This document shows, piece after piece, positions 1 to 12,739 of a stretch of 64,000 bases of DNA (the stretch's first letter is position 1; each line of letters starts with the position of its first letter). The DNA lies in assembly GCA_963514005.1 (NCBI GenBank), contig OY740800.1, positions 27,404,001 through 27,468,000 on the forward strand. Direction: 5' to 3'. A program made the position numbers and the translations under genes. The notes under the pieces are model-generated. The model made no database searches, was not told the DNA's origin, and saw only the letters and a program-made list of their open reading frames with translations. The stretch comes from Raja brachyura (Eukaryota).

Positions 1-262
1 GATTAATTTACCACCTACAGATGGAGCGGTTCACACCAAGACTGTTGCCTTCTCTGGCATCGACCCAGAGGCTGCAGTGGGTTGTAGGATTCAATTACAA
101 TGTCACGCAATAAACCCTGGCAGATGGTGGAAAACCAAGATAAAATTCTGCAAACAGCAGATGTGGCTGTGAGGGCAGAGAGAGAAACAAATAAAATAAC
201 ATTGAGTCCTTTCCTGTTCCTGTATTTACAGTCACACAGCAAAGGAACAATCCTTAAGCCCA

Positions 263-396
263 AGTGTTAAAGAAGGAACTGCAGATGCTGGAGAATCGAG
301 GGTTACACAAAAAGCTGGAGAAACTCAGCGGGTGCAGCAGCATCTAAGGAGCGAAGGAGATAGGCGACGTTTCGGGTCGAGACCCTTCTTCAGACT
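263..396 (-). mobile_element. Penelope-like (PLE) derived short repeat with minimal hammerhead ribozyme core (young copy)
   Basis: Minus strand reads CTGAAGA-A-GGGT-CTCG-ACCC-GAAA-C-GTC (366-393). Differs from the reverse complement of 60346-60476 by one 1-nt indel. Confidence 0.85.
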
Positions 397-955
397 CACT
401 TGCGCATGCTGACCAAGGTGCCCCATCTAAGCAAGTCCCATTCGCCCACGTTTCCCATCCATGTACCTGTCCATGTGTGTTTAAAATGTTGTTATTGTAC
501 CTGCCTAAACTAGGATAGGAAAGGTTACGAAAGGTTTAGAGGGTTAAGGACCAAACACGGGAAAATGTAACGAGCTAAAATGGGGTATCTTGGATGAGTT
601 GGACCAAAGGGCCTGGCTTGGTGCTGTAAGACTCTACCTTCTCTGGCACCATCCTCTGTGTGAAAAAGTTGCCCCTTGGGTTTCTATTAAATCTTCCTCC
701 TCTCACTATAAACCTATGCCCTCTGTATCTTAATTCCCCAATTCTGGGTAAAAGACTCTGGACATTAACCCTGTCTATTCCCTTGATGATTTTATACACC
801 TCTACAAGACCACTGGTCAGCCTCCTGTGCCTCAAGGAATAAAGTCCGAGCTTGCAAAACCTCTCATAGCTCAGGCCCTCGAGTCCTGGCAACATTATTG
901 TTAATCTTCTCTTCGCTCTTTCCAGCTTAATGGCATCTTTCCTATAGCAGAACAC
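397..955 (-). mobile_element. CR1-clade (HER1-like) LINE 3' fragments
   Basis: ORF 575-958 gives the CR1 ORF2 C-terminus (GLSYE..LGLYSL..RRL..GHRF..FFTQR) followed by the typical 3' UTR. Confidence 0.85.
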
Positions 956-1094
956 CACCTTACTTAAGGAAGGAGATGCCTGATAAGGGGTAGCTGCAGA
1001 GAAGGTTCACCAGATCGACTTTTTGTTTAAAGGAATGAGATGTAATCCTGTTGAAGCATACAGGATTCTGAAGGTGAATGACAGGTTAGAGACT

Positions 1095-1530
1095 GATAGA
1101 ATGTCACGAGGCATATGTACCGGCAATGGAACAACAACATTCTAACTTGCTGCAGCTTAACAGGCTCGTAAACACATTTACACGCTGACAAGTATATAAC
1201 AATCCATAACATGATAAATTGATAATCAGTAATATCAGTTATCCATAATAGTGCAAAACCAAAATCCATAGTGCAACCAAATAAAATGTCCATAGTAAAT
1301 CATAGTTGCTGAGGTTAGTGTTTTGCAGGGTTCAAGAGCCTTATGGTTTTTGGGAAGAAGGTGTTCTTGAACCTGGAAGTCCAGGTTTTCAGGCCTTCTT
1401 CCTGATGGTAGCGGCGTGATGAGAGCGTGACCAGGGTGGTGTGGGTCTTTGATGATGCTGGCTGCCTTTTTGAGGCAACGCTTCCTGTAGATCTCTTCGA
1501 TGTTGGGGAGGTCGGTATCCATGATGGACC
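1095..1530 (-). mobile_element. Rex1/Babar-like LINE 3' fragment
   Basis: ORF 1235-1522 contains DLPNIEEIY..RCLKKAASIIKDPHHPGHAL..LPSGRR, a recalled C-terminal motif of this clade. The same motif recurs at 20075-20290 and 38640-38880. Confidence 0.7.
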
Positions 1531-1619
1531 GGGGAATGTCTATCTCTCTGCGTATTTCTCATTAGTTCCGAATGTCTCTTCAAGAGGGAGTGTATGGGGG
1601 GGGGGGGGGGGGGGTCATT

Positions 1620-2070
1620 TCTGAATAAGTTCATAAATTGTAGGAGCAGGACTAGGCCATTCAGCCCATCAAATTCACACCACCATTCAATTATGGCTGA
1701 TCTATCTTTCACTCACATTCTTTCTCTCCCATTCTCATGCCTTCCCACCATAACCCCGGACACCCGTACTAATCACAAATCTATCATTCTCCACCTTAAA
1801 AATCGCCCTTGAGTTGGCCTCCACAGCCGTCCGTGGCAATGAATTCCGCAGATTCACCACCCGCTGACTAAAGAAATTCTTCCCCATCTTCCTTTCTAAA
1901 GGTACGTTCTTTTATTCTGAGGCTATGGCCTCTGGTCCTGGAATCTCCCACTAGTGGAAGCATTCTCACCACATCCATTCTATCCAGACCTTTCACCGAT
2001 AAGTTTTCAATGAGGTTCCTCCTCATCCTTCTAAACTCCACTGGTACAGGCCCAGTGCCATCACACGCTC
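1620..2070 (-). mobile_element. CR1/HER1-like LINE 3' fragment
   Basis: Similar to the reverse complement of 3950-4390. Confidence 0.8.
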
Positions 2071-2759
2071 ATGAGGTGTCACCCAGTGGGGATGGAGGCG
2101 GGGAGCAGAGGCGCAGAACAGGCAGCGATGCAGAGCTGGAGCCAAGATCAGATCTGCCACCATTGTACTGAATGGCACGGGTTTGAGCGGCTACTCTGCT
2201 CTTATTCCTTCAGCTCCACTGTTCTTATGCAGTGTCATATGTACTTTATAAGATCCACAAACTATTTGGAGGTAGAACAGTTGAGCCCTCCTTGTGTTCA
2301 AGCCAATATTTACACTATTTATTCTTTAATCAAAAAGAGATCATGTTTATCGATTTCTGGAACTTGTTGGCTGCCCTTATAACTTAAAGATCCCCAGAGA
2401 CCACACTTCAAAATATGATATTGCTTTTCATTGAAGAACAAGCGCTGCAGATGTGAAACGCTGTGGATGAGAAAAGACATTGTAAATGTCAGCTCTGCTT
2501 TCTGCGCAATCTTCCCTCGCCAGAGCTTACCTCCCAGAATAACTAACTGCGTCCCATTCAACATCACAAGCTGGCTTCAACTCTCATTCCAGCTCACAGA
2601 TGAAGAAGACATTGCCTCCATCAGCCATGGAAAAAACTACCTCTTGAAACCACCCATTACAAATCAAATCAGGTGACTATTTGGGATGACTATCATTCAA
2701 ACACATTTAAAGACAATATTAATTTCAGAAATGGTTTCAAACACAAAGGATGTTATGGC

Positions 2760-3290
2760 TGATGGGGATGGGGATGGGGGGGGGAAGCATAAATAGACGG
2801 GGTGGGGCAAAGCCTGGCAAGAGATAGGTGGATACAGGTGGGGGGGAAGGAGTTGCTTGGCAGATGGGTGGAGCAAATGACAATAGACAATAGGTGCAGG
2901 AGTAGGCCATTCGGCCCTTCGAGCCAGCACCACCATTCAATGTGATCATGGCTGATCATCCACAATCAGTACCCCGCTCCTGCCTTCTCCCCATATCCCC
3001 TGACTCTGCTATTTTTAAGAGCCCTTTCTAGCTCTCTCTTGAAAGCATCCAGAGAACCTGCTTCCACCGCCCTCTGCGGCAGAGAATTCCACAGCCTCAC
3101 TCACCACAAAGGCTGGAGGTGAAGGTGGCAAAAGGATGTCATATATGGAGAGAAGAGGAGGGAAATGTAAAGCCAGAGGGTGGGATGTGGGTGGAAAGGG
3201 TCAGGAGGAAGGGGAAGAGGGGTGATAAAAGGGAAAGAGGGGCTTGGGGGTGTGAGGGGGGGGGGGGGTGGGAGACATAGTGGGTGTTCG
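2760..3290 (-). mobile_element. Penelope 3' remnant interrupted by a young HER1-like 3' end (about 2878-3100)
   Basis: Flanks match the 14100-14340 repeat. The insert starts with the GACAATA tail repeat and matches 20612-20830 and 24170-24380. Confidence 0.7.
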
Positions 3291-3725
3291 ATCTCTTATT
3301 CTTCTAAACTCTAATTAATAAGGAATTTACTCGATCTCTCCTCATATGCAAACCTTTGCTACTCATTATGTAAGAAGACACATACACCTGCCAGATAGAA
3401 ATCATATGGTTCAGTAAGAATAAGGGGCTGAAAGAACTAACTAGCCAACATTGGTCCTCTGTATAACGAGGAAATACCGGCAAGTGAGCCTAATATAAGA
3501 GGTGGAGAAATCATCGGAGAAGATTGTTCGCGATAGGATTGACTCACATCTGGAAAAAACCATGGATTGATTAGGGACAGACAGACAGCATGGTTTTGTG
3601 CAGGGGAGGTCATGGCTTACAAATTTGATGATTTTTGTGGAGGTGACAAAGATGATTGATGAGGTTAGGGCAATGGATGCTGTCTATCTACATGGGCATC
3701 AGTAAAGCTTTCAGAAAGATCTCTC

Positions 3726-4394
3726 CAGTGAAGAAAGCCAATGGTATGTTAGCTTTCATAGCAAAAGGATTTGAGTATAGGAGCAGGGAGGTTCTACTTC
3801 AGTTGTATAGGGTCTTGGTGAGGCCACACCTGGAGTATTGCGTACAGTTCTGGTCTCCAAATCTGAGGAAGGACATTATTGCCATAGAGGGAGTGCAGCG
3901 AAGGTTCACCAGACTGATTCCTGGGATGTCAGGACTGTCTTATGAACAAAGACTGCATAGACTCGGTTTATACTCTCTAGAATTTAGGAGATTGAGAGGG
4001 GATCTTATAGAAACTTACAAGATTCTTAAGGGGTTGGACAGGCTAGATGCAGGAAGATTGTTCCCGATGTTGGGGACGTCCAGGACAAGGGGTCACAGCT
4101 TAAGGATAAGGGGGAAATCCTTTAGGTCCGAGATGAGAAGGAATTTTTTCACACAGAGAGTGGTGGGTCTCTGGAACTCTCTGCCACAGAGGGTAGTTGA
4201 GGCCAGTTCATTGGATATATTTAAGAGGGAGTTAGATGTGGCCCTTGTGGCTAAGGGGATCAGAGGGTATGGAGAGAAGGTAGGTACGGGATACTGAGTT
4301 GGATGATCAGCCATGATCATATTGAATGGCGGTGCAGGCTCGAAGGGCCGAATGGCCTATTCCTGCACCTAATTTCTATGTTTCTATGTTTCTC
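3726..4394 (+). mobile_element. Young 5'-truncated CR1/HER1-like LINE
   Basis: Uninterrupted frame VKKANGML...RPHLEYCVQFWSP...RGHSLRI...FFTQRVV..WNSLP...GTGY* (stop at 4297), then 3' UTR and a (TTTCTATG)n tail. Confidence 0.92.
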
Positions 4395-4801
4395 ATGGTT
4401 GACTGATCCAGAAGATTAAGGTTCATGGGATCCATAAAGAATCTGTAGCCGAGATTTAAAATTGGCCGTGCCCATAGAGGACAGATAGTAGTGGTGGAGG
4501 AGTGTTATTCAAGGTGGAGGTGTGTGACCTGTGGGGTTCTGCAGAGATCTGTAATGGGCCCTCTGTCGTTTGTGATATACGTATATGATTTGGAAGAAAA
4601 TGTTGTTTGTTGATTAGTAATTTTGTAGAAGACATAAAATTGGTGGTTATGGGTACTGAGGAGAGTTGTCAAAGAATTCTGCAGGATATATACCAGTTCG
4701 AAATATGGGCAGAGAAATGACAGACGGAGGTAAGTGCGAAATGTTCCACTGTGGAAGGTCAAATGTAAGAGGAAACTATATCGTTAATGGTAGGACCATT
4801 A

Positions 4802-5080
4802 TGCCCCTGTCCCACTTAGGAAACCTGAACGGAAACCTCTGGAGACTTTGCGCCCCACCCAAGGTTTCCGTGCGGTTCCTGGATGTTTTTGTCCTCCGGC
4901 AACCACCTTCAACTAGCATCGCAACCCGCTTCGACTAAAAAAATACCGATTTTTAAAACGGAAACCACTTTCGACCATTAGGGAGACTGAGCAAAACCTC
5001 CGGGAACCGCACAAAAACTTTGGGTGGGGCGCAAAGTCTCCAGAGGTTTCCGTTCAGGTTTCCTAAGTGGGACAGGAGCA
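4802..5080. mobile_element. Non-autonomous PIF/Harbinger-type MITE
   Basis: About 75-bp TIRs (TGCCCCTGTCCCACTTAGGAAACC... / ...GGTTTCCTAAGTGGGACAGGAGCA). TTA TSD at 4799-4801 and 5081-5083. Confidence 0.9.
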
Positions 5081-5240
5081 TTAGGAACATTAATGTAAAG
5101 AGGGATTTTGAAGTCCAAGTCCATTATACCCTGAAAGTAGCAACACAAGTATATGAAGTAGTAAATAAGGCATATGGCATATTTGCCTTTATCAATCGGG
5201 GGATTGAGTCTAAAAGCTGGTAAATCACGTTGCAGCTTTA

Positions 5241-5332
5241 TGAAGAAGGGTTTCGACCCAAAATGTTGCCTGTTTCCTTCGCTCCATAGATGCTGCCTCA
5301 CCCGCTGAGTTTCTCCAGCAATTTTGTCTACC
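5241..5332 (+). mobile_element. PLE-derived hammerhead repeat (degenerate core)
   Basis: TGAAGAAGGGTTTCGACCCAAAATGTT. Probable TSD GCAGCTTT / GTAGCTTT (5232-5239, 5333-5340). Confidence 0.75.
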
Positions 5333-6469
5333 GTAGCTTTTTGAAACTTTGGTTAAGCCACATTTAGAGAACTGTGTGCAGTTCTGGTCACCCCACTTGG
5401 GGATGGATGTGGAGGTTATGGATTGGATACACAAGAGGTTTACCAGAATGCTGCTTGGTTTACAGGGTATAAACTTTAAGGAGGTTGGAGAAACTTGGAT
5501 AGTTTTCTCTAGAACATTGGAGGTTGATGAAGACCCGACAGGGCTGCGCAAGATGTTAGCGAGACCACACTTGGAGTCGTGTGTGCAGTTCTGGTCATCC
5601 TGCTATAGGAGGCGTCTTTAAGTTGGAGAAGATGCACTTCCCGAGTGCAGCGTTTACAGGGACGAAGACTTGAGCAACACTTGTACTGACCTGCTCTCAT
5701 TGGACAGCAGCTGTAAACAAACCTCCCAACCTGCTGCTGTGACACCATCACCATATTAACTTTGCATCACCTATTACTCAGGAACGCCATGCACAGCTGG
5801 TCAGAACACTTGTAAATCACAAAGAGTCGGAGGAACTCAGCCGGTCATGCAGCATCTGTGGAAGGAATGGACAGATGAGGTTTCTGGTCAGGATCCTCCA
5901 TCAAACATCACCCATTCCCTCCACAGATGCTGTCTGACCCACTGAGTTCCTCCAGCACTTTGTGTTTTGCACAAGATTCCAGCACCTGCAGTTTCTTGTG
6001 TCTGCAGGAATACCTGTAGTTCATCACCGTGTCCTATGCTCAGTGACATAACGAATCCGGGCATTGCCACATGCACTAAACACAATCCTGTCATCGCTGA
6101 ACATCAAGTCCTCCAGTTTGACCCAGGCCGATGTAATTGATGCCTTTTAATAACTGAGTTTGAGTGTTGCTTTTCTTGATTTCCTTGCCAATTAATAATA
6201 GGTTGTAAGTGGGTGCTGAATCCGTCAATGATTCAACGGTGTCATGCGTGGATTAAGTCTGGAGTGGATGGAATGACTAAAACAACAGCAGAAACACCGA
6301 GAATTTCAAGAAACAGGAGAATCAAACAGCTGGAAAATCTGTATAAAATTAGGCTTTTTATAGATTGCTTCCTGCAGAGTGACAAACTGCAGAAAGATCA
6401 CGCCACTGAAGGCCATGCTCAGCGTTCATCTGATGGACGAGGGTGCAGAGAATTCCTATAGCTCCGAAT

Positions 6470-6850
6470 TTCTAGGGCAGAATTAGGCATTCAGCCTATC
6501 AAGTCCACTCCGCCATTCATTCATGGCTGCTCTATCTCGTTCTCAACCCATTCTCCTGCCTTCGCCCCATAACCCTTGGACACCCTTACTAATCAGGTAT
6601 CTGTCAACCTCTGCCTTAAAAATATTGCCCTGGCCTCCACAGCCGTCTATAGCACCCCTTACAATCTCATTGACCCAAACTACTTTAAAAAAATGTTTAT
6701 TTACTCTCTGGGTAAAAAGTTTTTTCAGCTCAGTCTTAAATGACCTCCCCTTTATTCTCAGACTGTGGCCCCTGGTTCTGGACTCACCCAACATTGGGAA
6801 CATTTTTCCTGCATCTAGCTTGTCCAGTCCTTTTATAATTTTATATGTTT
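6470..6850 (-). mobile_element. CR1/HER1-like LINE 3' fragment
   Basis: ORF 6543-6803 reads MFPMLGESRTRGHSLRIKG..FTQRV. Confidence 0.85.
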
Positions 6851-7049
6851 CAGCAGTTCAAGCAGCATCCATTGGGAGAAGAAACGGTGAACAGTTTGTA
6901 TCAGGACTGAGATTGGAGAGGGGAGGGATGAGATAGGAGCAATAGATTCAGATTGAAAAAGTGTTCCGACCCAAAGCGTAGTCTGTCCATTCCATCCACA
7001 GATGCTGCCTGACTCACTTTGTTCCTCCAGCACTTTGTTTTTGCATTTA

Positions 7050-7700
7050 GCCAAGTCCATGGCTCCCTGAAAGTGGCAATGCGTAGATAGGGAGATAAAG
7101 TAGACTTATGGTCTACTTGCCTTCAGTAGTTGGGATGTTAAGTGTAAATGTTGGAAAGTCACATTGCAGCTTCATAAAACGTTAGTTAGTGTGTGTTTGG
7201 AGTATTGTGTGCAGTTTGGTCGTCATTACAGGAAAAATGCGGAAGCTTTGGAGAGGGTGTAGAAGAGGTTCACCAGGATCTTACCTGCATTACAGGGCAT
7301 TAGCCTTAAGGAGAGATTGGGGGTAAAATTTGATTATTTGCTCTGGAGTGTCAGAAGCTAAGGTAAGATCTGATAGAAGCAAGTACAATGATTAGAATTG
7401 GTAGGGGAGATAGTCTTTCCCAAAGATTGTCAAAGACTAGTGGGTGCAGCTTTAAGTTAAGAGGGGCAAAGTGTAAAGGAGATGTGCGTGGCAAGTTTCT
7501 TTACACAGAGGGTGGTGGGTGCCTGGAACACGTTGCCGGTGGTCATGGTGGCAGATAAAATAGTCACTTTTAAGAGGTTTGTAGATAGGAACATGGATAT
7601 GTAGAGAATGGAGGAATATGGATCACGTGCAGGTAGATGGGATAGGTTAAATTGAGTTCATGGTGGGCCGAACGGCCAACGCTGTATTGGTCTGTGTTCT
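7050..7700 (+). mobile_element. Degenerate CR1 LINE 3' fragment
   Basis: TTGGAGTATTGTGTGCAGTT and TTACACAGAGGGTGGTGGGTGCCTGGAAC motifs shared with other copies in the window. Confidence 0.8.
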
Positions 7701-8852
7701 ATAACTGACCAATTCACCACCACTTTTACCCATCCAGTTCAGAGATGGGCAATAAATCCTGGCCTTGCCAATAACACCCAGATCATGACAGATGAGGGGC
7801 AAGCTGGGTACTGTGAAGATGGGGTTTTGATGGCATTGTGGCCAACAACTCAAACATTTTCCCTGAAATTCGTCGATAGCCGCTTCAGACTTTGATTCAT
7901 TTTCTATTACTAAAATCATTACATTTATCTTTAAATTAATCCCAAAAGCAATTGGGTCACGTAGAATATATTACATTTACGATATTTATTCAGAGAATTG
8001 CACAGAAACCTTCAAAGTATCGATCTGGTGTAAAATTTGCAATCCCAGATTATCAAATATTAAGTTGCTGGCAGATTTCACCAAATGTTAAATGAATCAG
8101 AGCCGCTCTGTGGGCTCTGAATAGACATGAGGCAGAGCTGACTCTCAATATCACCTCTCATGAGCCATCAGCGTTTGTCAATGCAAAACCTTGGCGTTAC
8201 AATCCATGCTTCACATCGAATTAGCTCTCATTAAAGTGACATTGTGTGCCTTTCAAGTTGTTAATCGGCCTCAGTGTTGGTCAGTCCCGATGTCATTGTA
8301 ATCAGAAAAATTAATCACACGAAGCAGCTATAGAAACAAAAAGCATTCATTCGATACAATGCGACTTACGCATTTGTTCCTCGTTAATTGCCATTATGGG
8401 TCCCATTTTAAAAGGCAGTGCTGATTAATAACAGTGTCCCTGTTACCATACTGATCATTAGTCTTGGTCGATCTCTGAGATGCCTGAGTGAAAAATTGTA
8501 TTGCAGAATTAAGCCATTTATAAGTGGACACAAAATGCTGGAGTAACTCGGTGGGTCAGGCTGCATCCCTGGAGAACATGGATCGGTGAGGTTTCAGTTC
8601 GGGACTCTTCCTCGAAAAGAAGAGGTACTTGAGATGCGGCATGGAGATGGTGGCCAAAAGACCTGTTTGTGTCCCATGGGTTGCTCTATGTTCTGTTGCT
8701 CTATGATTCTATCTGAACTGCAATTTTACTTATTTTGTCGACTGAATAGTGGTTTAACTTAAAAATAGCAAGTTATGAGTTCAAAAAGACATAAAACCAC
8801 GTCAAATGTTGACTGAATCACTAAACTCTCAAGGAGCTGGATATATTTCTTG

Positions 8853-10135
8853 CTAGACTAAGTGGGGCCCATTGGGTTCCTGTCACACAGGAGGCTTGGT
8901 CCCCCAACGCAATATTCCACCACTCACCCATAGCCCCCAACTGCACAGGCGCAGCTCATTTCCCCTCATCCCAAGCACTCTCTCCCCCTCCGCTCCTTTC
9001 CCCTCTCCTCCTCCCCTCCCCAATCCCTCCCTCACCTCTCTCTCCCTCTCCTTTCCCCTACCCTCAGTCATTCCCTCCCTCCCTCCATAACTCCCCTCCC
9101 TACCCCTCTTTTTTCCCTCTATCCCCCACCTCCCTCACTCCTCACCTCCCCTATCCCCCCACTATCCCACCTCACCTCCCCCACTGCCGTCCTCTCCCTC
9201 TATTCCCCACTCCCTACCACCCCCACTCCCCCCTCCTCTACTCCCCTCTCCTCTCCCTCGATTCCCCCTCCTCCCCCACTCTCCCTCCTCCCTCTTTTTT
9301 TCCCTCTCCTGCCCTCCCCCAAACCCTCCCTCACCTCTCCTTTCCCATACCCTCAGCCACTCACTTCCTCCCTCCATAAATCCTCTCCCCTCCTCTCCCT
9401 CTATCCCCTCTCCTCCCCCACTCTCCCTCACCAGGATCTCGAGGTTGCTGCTCCTCTCCCCAGAGGAGCATCAGCCGTCGGCGCGGATCCTCAGCCTGGC
9501 CGCGCCAGCATGTTTGCGGGGGGGTGGAGAGCTCGGATAAAAGACGGGGGAAGAGCCATGGGGGAGAGGGTGGGTGTCACGGGGGAGGGGGGGCAGGAGC
9601 CAGCGAGGGGGACCAGAGTGGAAGGGGCTGGAGCTGTGGGGCATTACGATGGCGGTGCGTTTGGGACTCACAGCATGCGCTGGACGCTCTCCTCCGCTGG
9701 GATCAGATCTCCGCTTTCCCTTCGCTGACATGTGCTGTGCCGCGCCGGGCCGCGCCGCCTCCGGTCCCTCCGAAAATTGTGACCGGTTGAAGACTTCTGA
9801 CGGCCACCCACAGCGTCCCTCAGCTCCAGTAAAGACGCAATGGCGCAGGAAGGGGCAGACCGTCGCGCGGAGTGACAGGTGAAGAGACCAATCCGCGCAG
9901 CACTGACTGGCAGGAGAGGAGATCAATCTGCACACGTGCAGTTTTTATGATTTTTAAACCTCGCTAACTTTTACAATATACCACTGATCAGAACAAAACT
10001 TATTGCATTTGCAGCACAGGAAAACAGTGAGTGAGATGACGAAAAATCGTACCGCTATCGCGTACCGTTTTTATGCAAATAGGAAAACCGCACAAACCAG
10101 AAGACCACAAGATCAGAGTTCCAGTCATGTCTAGA
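8853..10135 (-). mobile_element. Non-autonomous Helitron-like element
   Basis: On the minus strand: A|TC 5' end at 10135, GC-rich hairpin (GGGGCCC-ATT-GGGTTCC on +, 8864-8880) shortly before a terminal CTAG (8853-8856), no TIRs and no TSD. The base after CTAG is C, not the canonical T. Confidence 0.65.
8977..9430. repeat. C/T-rich polypyrimidine low-complexity tract with internal duplications
   Basis: About 450 bp that is nearly all C/T. The unit CCCTCCCTCACCTCTC..TACCCTCAG..CCCTCCATAA occurs at about 9025-9090 and 9324-9380. Confidence 0.9.
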
Positions 10136-10409
10136 TGGATTGATATTACAGAAATATCTCCTAGTGTTGTTCAGAAACCTCATATTTTATTGCCTGCTCT
10201 TCAGATAAATTTCCATAACAAAAGGAAACGACCAAACAGTCCTGAATCACTGAGACAGCTTCAGACTAATAAAAGTCACACAAATTACACTCTCCAGGAA
10301 ACTTTGCAAAGGCTAATGCAAATGACTCTCCCGAGCAGGCAGTGGTGGAGTAGGACATAGTCGGCAATGAATGTAACAGCCCATCAGAGGACCATTGATC
10401 TGCACGTTC

Positions 10410-10710
10410 GTGGCACAGTGGCACAGCGGTGGAGTTGCTGCCTATACATCGTCAGAGACCCGCGTTCTATACTGAGTACAGGTGCTGTTTGTATGGAGTC
10501 TGCTCATTCTCCCTGTGACCTGCGTGGGTTTTCTCCGGGTGCTCCAGTTTCCTCCCACACTCCAGGTTTGTAGGTTAAATGACTTGTGTAAATTGTTCTG
10601 GGTGTGTCGGATACAATTAGTGCGCAGGATGATTGCTGGTCGGCGTGGACTTGGTGAGTCAAAAGTCCTGCGGCCACATTGTATCCCTGAACTAAACTCT
10701 ACAGTAAACT
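10410..10710 (+). mobile_element. tRNA-derived HE1/V-SINE-like SINE
   Basis: A-box-like TGGCACAGCGG head, V-domain-like core (GTGGGTTTTCTCCGGGTGCTCCAGTTTCCTCCCACA) and CR1-like 3' tail. Confidence 0.85.
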
Positions 10711-11799
10711 AACCCACCGCTTGCACGCCACACATTGGGTGAGTCCAGGGGTTAGCTGCGCCAAGTTCTCTCCTCCCCTCAACTGCTGCACGCTCCAGAG
10801 CTTTTCATCATTATCCTCCGGCTAGGCAGGAGTCACAGAGCTGTACAGCACCGAAAGAGGCCCTTTGGCCCATCTAGTCCATGCTGATCAACTTGGCATA
10901 CTAGGTTAATCCCATTTGCTTGTATTTGGCCCATATTCCTCTCAACCCTTCTGTCAACATTCAATGGTTTAATTGTACATTATTGTCATGTGTACCTACC
11001 TATAGTGACATTTTTCTTTTGCATACAGTTCAGTGACAATCCTACTATACATTAAGCACAACTATACTGTGTACAATAGTGTAAGATAGTGGACCACACT
11101 GACTCAGTACACAAGCGTCGCCGCTTTTAGATGCCATCATGTATCCTTCAAGCCCAAACATTTTTCCATATATGTCCATATATTATCCAAATATCTTTTA
11201 AAAGTTAAAATTGTGACCACTTCTATAACATCCCCCTGGCAGTGCATTCCAGACTTGGACTACCCAAGAAGGAAGGGAAAGGAAGAGGAAAAAGAGGAGG
11301 AGGGAGAGGGAAGGAGAATGACCCAAGTTTGGAGGTGGGGATGTTTGCTGATGATTGCACAGCGACTTATTCCAGTCATAACTTTGCAGCAACTAAGGCA
11401 AGCCCCTATTCATACAACAAGACCCGACAAACCTCAGTCATGAGCTGATAACATTTAAAGTAAAGTCAAAGGGTTGTAGAATCAATTCTCCCCGATCACT
11501 ATCCAGGCACAGATTTCACCAACAATCTACTTCCTTCGTTTTCTACAAAAAAGCCACTGCACCTCATGCTGCTCACGGTGCAGGCATGGGACCTACCTAC
11601 ACTCAGGAAGTGGCTGAGGCTGGGATAATAACAACAATAAAAGATATTTGGATAGGTACACGGACAGGAAAGGTGTAGAGGGATGTGCGGCAGGTACAGG
11701 TAAGCGGGACACGTTTGCTTGGCTACTTGGTCGGCACGGATTAATTGTGCTGAGTGCCCCTTTTTGTGCTGCATGCCCAAATTGCAAGAAATTGCAGAA

Positions 11800-12037
11800 A
11801 TTGTAGGCCGCAAGGATGGGCCGATGACGCTGCTCGGAGGAAAGCTGCCTCTCGGACCAGGTAAGGACTGTGAAATACTGTTTCCCCTACCCCCCCCCCC
11901 CCCCCCCCCCACCATCACACATAGAAAGGATAGACCTCCAAACAAAACACTTTTTAACATACTAAAATGTTTTTTAAAGTAGTGAAAGGACGGACAGCTG
12001 CAGGCAGGGCAGCCATACCCAACAGGACGGCGCCCCC
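11800..12037 (-). repeat. Unclassified interspersed repeat fragment with poly-C run, possibly a retroelement 5' end
   Basis: Sharp GC-rich start GGGGGCGCCGTC on the minus strand and a C run of about 21 nt at 11890-11910. Family not identified. Confidence 0.3.
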
Positions 12038-12739
12038 TTTCTTCTCTTCTCCCCACTCCTTAAACAGCTCTGCAGTTACTTACAGATTCCAGGAGCTTGC
12101 ACAGCAGATGCCAAGGAGGTGGACCTCAGCATCTTGATGTCAAGTAATTGATCAATTCTTAATAATATCATCAGCATCCATCATGCATTTAAATTACAGC
12201 TGTCCTTGCCCCCTGTTCCAGAAGAGAGCATAAGCCCTTGGATGCTGTCTAGCTAGCAAGCACAGTGATTCTAACTTCTTCCAGTCAGCCTGCACTCTAA
12301 TTAGGACACGATATGATAGAACTTTATTTATATATAGGGGATGTGCAAAGAATGGGGGGGGGGGGGGGGGGGGGGATGCTCCGCAGTTTGAGGAGCATCC
12401 TCCCCTCCAAGACCACCTCCCGTGGATCCAACTCCGCCCCCAGGACGGAGCCAGCCTTCCTGATGAGTTTGTTCATCTTAAATTACAATGAAACAGAGCA
12501 CAAGGGAGACCCCCACTGCCCTCAGAGTGTACAGGAGTCTACATCCATCTAAGAGCAGGGAGAAGGCATGGATCCATGATCCACCACATTCAACCTGCCA
12601 TCCGCTCACTGTGTCTGTGCATCCGAAAGCATTTGGGTCTTACCTGGCCCTTCCCATTCCCACCTTCTCTGCAACGTAAAACAAACTTGTTTTCTCACTT
12701 TCGCAGTTCTGATGAAAGGTCTTTCACCTGAACCAGAAG

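Larger units (their letters stand above)
3480..5640 (+). mobile_element. Old degenerate CR1 LINE (RT region) hosting three younger insertions
   Basis: CR1 RT-like segments (QHGF, YM.ISKAF, VKPHLENCVQFWSPH) resume collinearly after each insertion at 3726-4394, 4802-5080 and 5241-5332. Confidence 0.8.

Noticed and set aside
3656-4297. Longest ORF (213 aa) as a host gene
   Set aside because: Chimera of two CR1 ORF2 fragments.
8872-9935. Pro/Gly/Arg-rich ORFs
   Set aside because: By-products of low-complexity and GC-rich sequence, with no recognisable domain.
10722-10733. 12-nt match (TGCACGCCACAC) to the 3' end of the ribozyme SINE
   Set aside because: Too short, with no GAA tail or TSD; could be chance.
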